Part shown: positions 59,531-64,000 of the stretch, piece by piece
How the letters are laid out: the number at the start of each line of letters is the position of its first letter
How positions within the stretch are numbered: the stretch's first letter is position 1
IMG/VR virus record: IMGVR_UViG_3300044844_000506
Coordinates: 47,613 to 111,612 of that record
DNA from: a virus
Length of the DNA: 64,000 bases
Strand: one strand, 5' to 3'
Program-made: the position numbers and the translations under genes
The notes under the pieces: model-generated
What the model was told of the DNA's origin: nothing
Databases searched by the model: none
Seen by the model: only the letters and a program-made list of their open reading frames with translations

Positions 59531-60090
59531 ATATTACAGAACAAATTGAAAAGTGTTGGTTTAGAACATTCTCAGGCAAGATTATTGATCCTGAAAATTT
59601 AAAGCCTGAGGACATTGATCCCGTAGATATTGCCAGATCATTATCTTTACAATGTCGTTACGGTGGTCAGATTGTTAGATTTTATAGTGTTGCAGAGCAT
59701 AGCCTAAATGTAATGCAAGAAGTTTCGAATCACATTGCAAGTATGATTCGAGTTGATAAGTCAAACATTATTCTAGGAGCACTACTTCATGATGCTAGTG
59801 AAGCCTATATGGCAGACATCCCTACTCCATTTAAGAAGTTGCTGCCAGATTATAAGAAGATGGAGAATAACGTGATGAGGGTTATTCACAAACGCTTTAA
59901 TATTGACCTTGATGTCTTTGAGGAAGAAGTGATTAATCGTTATGACAAGGCAGCATTAACATATGAGATGCCCAACTTATTTAACTATCCTGAAGCAAAA
60001 TCTACAAGCAAGTTAGAATATTATACACCTGACCAAGCCTTCTCGCTTTATCTTAACACCTTACTCCGTCTAGAAAAGGAAATGCAATGA
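59527..60090 (+). CDS. HD-domain nucleotidase (YfbR/YfdR-like)
   Basis: 'T.SG', 'DIA..LS..CRY.G', 'FYSVAEHS', 'LLHDASEAY..DIP.P.K'. Confidence 0.9.
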   Translation: MNITEQIEKCWFRTFSGKIIDPENLKPEDIDPVDIARSLSLQCRYGGQIVRFYSVAEHSLNVMQEVSNHIASMIRVDKSNIILGALLHDASEAYMADIPTPFKKLLPDYKKMENNVMRVIHKRFNIDLDVFEEEVINRYDKAALTYEMPNLFNYPEAKSTSKLEYYTPDQAFSLYLNTLLRLEKEMQ

Positions 60091-61118
60091 TTGAATTTAC
60101 TTATGATGATGTTCTTATTCTTCCACAATACTCTGAAGTTCGTAGTAGGAGTCAATGTGATATCTCTACTACACTAGAATCTAAGCATGGATTCAATGTT
60201 AAGGTAAAACTTCAGACTCCGATTATAGCCGCAAATATGGATAGTATTTGTGGGTATGAGATGGCTGATTATCTTGACTCAATGGGTGCTGCTGGCATTA
60301 TTCATAGGTATATGCCTGTTGAGGAGACAATCAAACTCATTAACATTTCAAAAATGAAAAACCTATTTTTATCTGTTGGTACATTAGATAATGATAGTGC
60401 TAGAATTGATTCTATTATTCGTTATGCTCCTGGATATGAAGAAGCTGTGCCAAATGGCAAGGTTCACATTTGCGTGGACATCGCACATGGGCACTCTATT
60501 GGTATGAAGGAGACGCTACAGTATATCCGTAATAAGGGATTTAAGAATTTATTAATTGGTGGTAATGTTGCTACAAGTGAAGCTGCTCAGGATTTAGTAA
60601 GTTGGGGTTGTGATGTTGTTAAGGTTGGTGTAGGGCCAGGGGCAGTTTGTTCGACTAGAACAAAGACAGGTGTAGGTAGACCTCAGTTTAGGGCAGTAGG
60701 TGAATGTTCTTATACTGCGGAAGTGCAAGTTATTGCTGATGGTGGATTTAAGTATGTTGGAGACTTTGCAAAGGCTATGGCATTGGGTGCAAAGGCTTGT
60801 ATGACTGGTTCATTCTTCGCAGGATGCGATTACACACCGAACTGGAAGTATGATGAGGACTTGCTAAACTATCGTGGAATGGCAAGTGCAGAGGCTCAGA
60901 AGGAGTTCAAGGGCAAGTTTAGTAATGCTGAGGGTATTTCAACTTACGTTAAGAATAAAGGATTAGGTAGCACAGAAAAGGTTCTTCATGAGATTCAGGA
61001 GGGGTTGCGATCCTCTATGTCTTATGTTGGGGCTTTGGATATGGGTCAGTTTGCTGCCAAGGCAAGATTTATCCATGTCTCGAATAACACTCTCTTAGAA
61101 AACAAGACAAGACTATAA
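60087..61118 (+). CDS. IMP dehydrogenase / GMP reductase family, no CBS domains
   Basis: 'TYDDVLILP', 'AANMD', 'VDIAHGHS', 'GNVAT', 'KVGVGPGAVC.TR..TGVG', 'IADGG', 'YRGMAS'. Confidence 0.93.
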   Translation: MIEFTYDDVLILPQYSEVRSRSQCDISTTLESKHGFNVKVKLQTPIIAANMDSICGYEMADYLDSMGAAGIIHRYMPVEETIKLINISKMKNLFLSVGTLDNDSARIDSIIRYAPGYEEAVPNGKVHICVDIAHGHSIGMKETLQYIRNKGFKNLLIGGNVATSEAAQDLVSWGCDVVKVGVGPGAVCSTRTKTGVGRPQFRAVGECSYTAEVQVIADGGFKYVGDFAKAMALGAKACMTGSFFAGCDYTPNWKYDEDLLNYRGMASAEAQKEFKGKFSNAEGISTYVKNKGLGSTEKVLHEIQEGLRSSMSYVGALDMGQFAAKARFIHVSNNTLLENKTRL

Positions 61119-61126
61119 TTGCGAGT

Positions 61127-61339
61127 ATGTTAAAAATTAGATATTATCAAGTGTATTCAATTAAAAACACAAAAGGGTTAGAGGAACCTGTATGTGTATG
61201 TTTAGATCTGGATAGAGCTAAGGATGTAGCTAACAGGTCTAACAAAGGATCTTATAGATATATTACAGCTAGACCACCATTTGAAGTGGTACTAATGGAG
61301 AGAGAGTATGAACCCGTTCCAAACAACATACAATTTTAA
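61127..61339 (+). CDS. small hypothetical protein
   Basis: 70-aa ORF in the plus-strand operon. Confidence 0.5.
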   Translation: MLKIRYYQVYSIKNTKGLEEPVCVCLDLDRAKDVANRSNKGSYRYITARPPFEVVLMEREYEPVPNNIQF

Positions 61340-61592
61340 TGAACAGCCAACGCACAGTTTCTCAGATTTCCGAATTATAAAATCGGATGTTTATGGTGAT
61401 AATCAGTTATCCATACATCAGCTTTTTTATGATATGGATGGTGAGTTACTGTACTATACTGACATAATAGAATTAAAAGCACCAGACTTAGAATCTTTAA
61501 TTAAAAATATGAGACACTATGCTCAGGCACTTGAAAGAGATGTTTTAAGTGAGAATGACCTACTTCAAGGTAAAGTAGTTTATGTAGCATAA
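61308..61592 (+). CDS. small hypothetical protein
   Basis: 94-aa ORF with GGAG-like sequence upstream. Confidence 0.6.
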   Translation: MNPFQTTYNFNEQPTHSFSDFRIIKSDVYGDNQLSIHQLFYDMDGELLYYTDIIELKAPDLESLIKNMRHYAQALERDVLSENDLLQGKVVYVA

Positions 61593-61617
61593 ACCTAAAA
61601 CATTGAGATAAGAATAA

Positions 61618-61648
61618 AAAAACCCTCTATATAAAATAGAGGGTTTTT
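61618..61648 (+). promoter_or_regulatory. RBS-occluding hairpin/terminator with an embedded late-promoter-like CTATATA
   Basis: AAAAACCCTCTAT (61618-61630) - ATAAA - ATAGAGGGTTTTT (61636-61648), directly before ATG 61649. Confidence 0.7.
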
Positions 61649-62920
61649 ATGTTTTATAATTTAAAGTATTTACTAATAGAAGGTTCCAGTAACTTAGGCA
61701 GACTTCAAAGACTGGAAAAAAGATTCAGAAGAAAACTAAGAAAAGCCAAAGAGCGTGGTGACACTATGGCTAAGATTAAAAACGTAAAAGCCTTAAGAGA
61801 CATTAAATTAAGACTTCAAGAAAGACTACCAAAGGATATGAAAAGATATCCACTCTTTAGCGGCGAAGATAAACCCTCACCTAAAAGAACAATTAAAATA
61901 AGGCCAACTAAAGTAAGACCAAGAGTATCTCTAGACGTAGAAGAAATACCCCGAATGCCAAAAGGAGGTATAGGTAGAAGAGATCTAGTCTATAACATTA
62001 AACACGGAGATAGGGATATAGGAAGCGGATCAGCAGATTTACATGGTAAACATCTACAAACAAGATTCGCATCCATTCAACCCAGTCATCAAGGTAAAGG
62101 AATATATACCGGAATCCTTAAATCACTTAAAAGAACATATAAACCAAAAACATTTAGACCAGATACAAGCCTAACCCCAGCAGCAAGAAAAGCATGGTAT
62201 AAAGCTACTAAAAAAACCTACGATGAATTTGGTAACTTAATTAAGGAATCAAAATTAAAAACTTATAACAGGTTAAGTAATTTATTAATAGAAGCAGTAC
62301 CTCATCATATTAAGTCTTTTAGGAGAAAACAAGCATTAGTCGGAAACCCTGAAAGCAGGTTTCATATGACTAGTCTTGGTGGTTTAAGAGGTATATTAAA
62401 ATCAGGTATAATAAATCCAACTCTAACACATAAATCTCTACATGGCTTAAACGCTGTTTATTTTGGTAAAAAATACCCAGATACAGCTTACGGACATGAA
62501 GGTATAGCTAGTACTAAACCAGGATTTGATAGAGCATCACCATTCCCAAAATCAGGAAAAGATCACTACTTAGCCCCAGACCCAGAAGTAGATCTAACAC
62601 CAGGTGGGACTAAACTAGATAAATCCAATACAGCATTTAATATAGATCCAAAAGATACAGAAACAATTAAACTAGCAAGACAAAGAGGTATGAGAGTAGT
62701 TTATAAAGATCCACAAAACATAAGAAAAATATATAACTACAGATCAGGTCAAAATACTATTGAAGATCCTCACTATACCAAAATGCCTATATACCCAACA
62801 CTAGGACATAAAGTAGGAGGACCAGAAAGCGTAGAAAAGTTAATAGGTAAACTAGCCATGAGAAGACATAGATCCGAAAGAAAGAAACTAAGAAAACAAC
62901 GTAGATTAGGTAATATTTAA
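61649..62920 (+). CDS. putative internal-head polyprotein: GNAT-like domain + ADP-ribosyltransferase-like domain
   Basis: Leader MFYNLKYLLIE. GNAT motif A 'SIQPSHQGKGIYT' and 'SLTPAARKAW'. Internal leader KTYNRLSNLLIE. 'FHMTS...L.GILKSG.I.P...AVYF' resembles the start of ART folds. Confidence 0.6.
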   Translation: MFYNLKYLLIEGSSNLGRLQRLEKRFRRKLRKAKERGDTMAKIKNVKALRDIKLRLQERLPKDMKRYPLFSGEDKPSPKRTIKIRPTKVRPRVSLDVEEIPRMPKGGIGRRDLVYNIKHGDRDIGSGSADLHGKHLQTRFASIQPSHQGKGIYTGILKSLKRTYKPKTFRPDTSLTPAARKAWYKATKKTYDEFGNLIKESKLKTYNRLSNLLIEAVPHHIKSFRRKQALVGNPESRFHMTSLGGLRGILKSGIINPTLTHKSLHGLNAVYFGKKYPDTAYGHEGIASTKPGFDRASPFPKSGKDHYLAPDPEVDLTPGGTKLDKSNTAFNIDPKDTETIKLARQRGMRVVYKDPQNIRKIYNYRSGQNTIEDPHYTKMPIYPTLGHKVGGPESVEKLIGKLAMRRHRSERKKLRKQRRLGNI

Positions 62921-62938
62921 CTAATAGTATTACCTACA

Positions 62939-63133
62939 CCCATAGGAGTCCCAGAGTTTTTTAAATTCTGGGATTTTTCTATTTATAGAAGTCCCTTAAT
63001 AATTAGGAGTCCCCAGGAGTCCCAAATTTTTTTTATTTTTTTTATTGGGATTATACCCATAGGAGTCCCATAACATTTTTTTATTTGGATTATAAATTTT
63101 TTATTTGGATTATAAATTTTTTTTATTAGGGAT
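62939..63133. repeat. AT-rich noncoding region with five (T/C)AG(G/A)AGTCCC boxes and a 20-bp tandem duplication
   Basis: Boxes near 62943, 62986, 63004, 63014 and 63060. TTTTTATTTGGATTATAAAT occurs twice at about 63078-63117. Hairpin TCCCAGA..TCTGGGA at 62949-62973 followed by a T run. Confidence 0.85.
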
Positions 63134-63172
63134 GTTAAAATAATAGTACTAGGTATATTGCGCGAATGACCT

Positions 63173-63208
63173 AAAGAAGCCGGAAAACCCCTTTCGAGAT
63201 TTTCCGGC
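63173..63208 (-). terminator. intrinsic terminator of the GC-rich minus-strand gene
   Basis: Minus strand reads GCCGGAAAATCTC-GAAA-GGGGTTTTCCGGC-TTCTTT, about 30 nt after the stop at 63240. Confidence 0.85.
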
Positions 63209-63239
63209 GTAGTATCACTCGCTCACGCTTTCGCCAGCG

Positions 63240-63650
<411 letters not shown>

Positions 63651-63705
63651 CGGTCGTAGCCTTTCGAGTGTTAGTGCAAGGGACTATCCCTTGCACGAAT
63701 CAGGG

Positions 63706-63731
63706 GTCGTATTCCGCGCGGAAACGTGACA
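63706..63731 (-). promoter_or_regulatory. candidate ECF-type promoter TGTCAC-N16-CGAC
   Basis: About 55 nt upstream of ATG 63650. The spacer holds the palindrome TTCCGCGCGGAA (63712-63723). Promoter function is inferred. Confidence 0.4.
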
Positions 63732-63747
63732 GGAATCCGAAAGAAAA

Positions 63748-63853
63748 AACCTAGGAAGTTGCAAATTGGTCGGGTCCGTGCGTAAGTACCTATCTAGCAA
63801 GGGGTTACGTTCGGATTAGGGTGATGTTAGGGTCGAATGCAACTTCCTAGGTT
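63748..63853. repeat. 16-bp perfect inverted repeat flanking an imperfect palindrome
   Basis: AACCTAGGAAGTTGCA (63748-63763) / TGCAACTTCCTAGGTT (63838-63853), with CGTAA..N19..TTACG at 63781-63809 inside. Confidence 0.9.
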
Positions 63854-63864
63854 ATTCGATTAGA

Positions 63865-64000
63865 AATAATCGAACTAATAATCGAACTAATAATCGAACT
63901 AATAATCGAACTAATAATCGAACTAATAATCGAACTAATAATCGAACTAATAATCGAACTAATAATCGAACTAATAATCGAACTAATAATCGAACTAATA
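63865..64000. repeat. perfect 12-bp tandem array (AATAATCGAACT)n running off the window
   Basis: 11 full copies plus 4 nt, with no spacers. Confidence 0.97.

Noticed and set aside
59527-60090. DatZ of a diaminopurine (Z) genome pathway
   Set aside because: No PurZ or MazZ in the window, and the motifs fit ordinary YfbR/YfdR-like HD proteins.
1-62920. Alternative genetic code (stop-codon reassignment)
   Set aside because: Genes tile densely under the standard code, and TAA, TAG and TGA all end conserved genes at sensible positions.
63865-64000. CRISPR array
   Set aside because: The 12-bp units are directly adjacent with no spacers, and there is no cas operon.

Overview
This window is about 64 kb of an AT-rich (roughly one-third GC by eye) T4-like large myophage genome, mostly the virion morphogenesis region on the minus strand. 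In transcription order it encodes large terminase, portal, a putative core protein, a tail-fibre module, a gp26/gp51-like chaperone pair, tape measure, baseplate genes (gp53, hub, gp5-like, gp25, gp6, gp7/P2-I-like), a PAAR tip, several small charged proteins, prohead protease, an ECF sigma factor, scaffold, major capsid protein and neck proteins. A primase, a UvsW-like helicase, a glycosyltransferase, an HD hydrolase and an IMPDH/GMPR-like gene lie on the plus strand, and a PD-(D/E)XK nuclease lies on the minus strand. The most interesting signal is a shared short motif, roughly [YF]-x2-[IL]-x2-L-L-[LIV]-E. It resembles T4 capsid-targeting/gp21-cleavage leaders and occurs at the N-terminus of, and between domains of, several proteins. 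These include a Planctomycete-type ECF sigma factor encoded between the protease and scaffold genes, and a GNAT + ADP-ribosyltransferase-like polyprotein. I infer a virion-packaged, protease-matured host-takeover payload. Other signals are a probable -1 frameshift joining the gp26-like and gp51-like ORFs, an esterase fused to a baseplate anchor domain, and a sharp switch to high GC at the right end. That end carries an ECF-like promoter, inverted repeats and a 12-bp tandem array. All family calls come from motif recognition and synteny, not from database searches.
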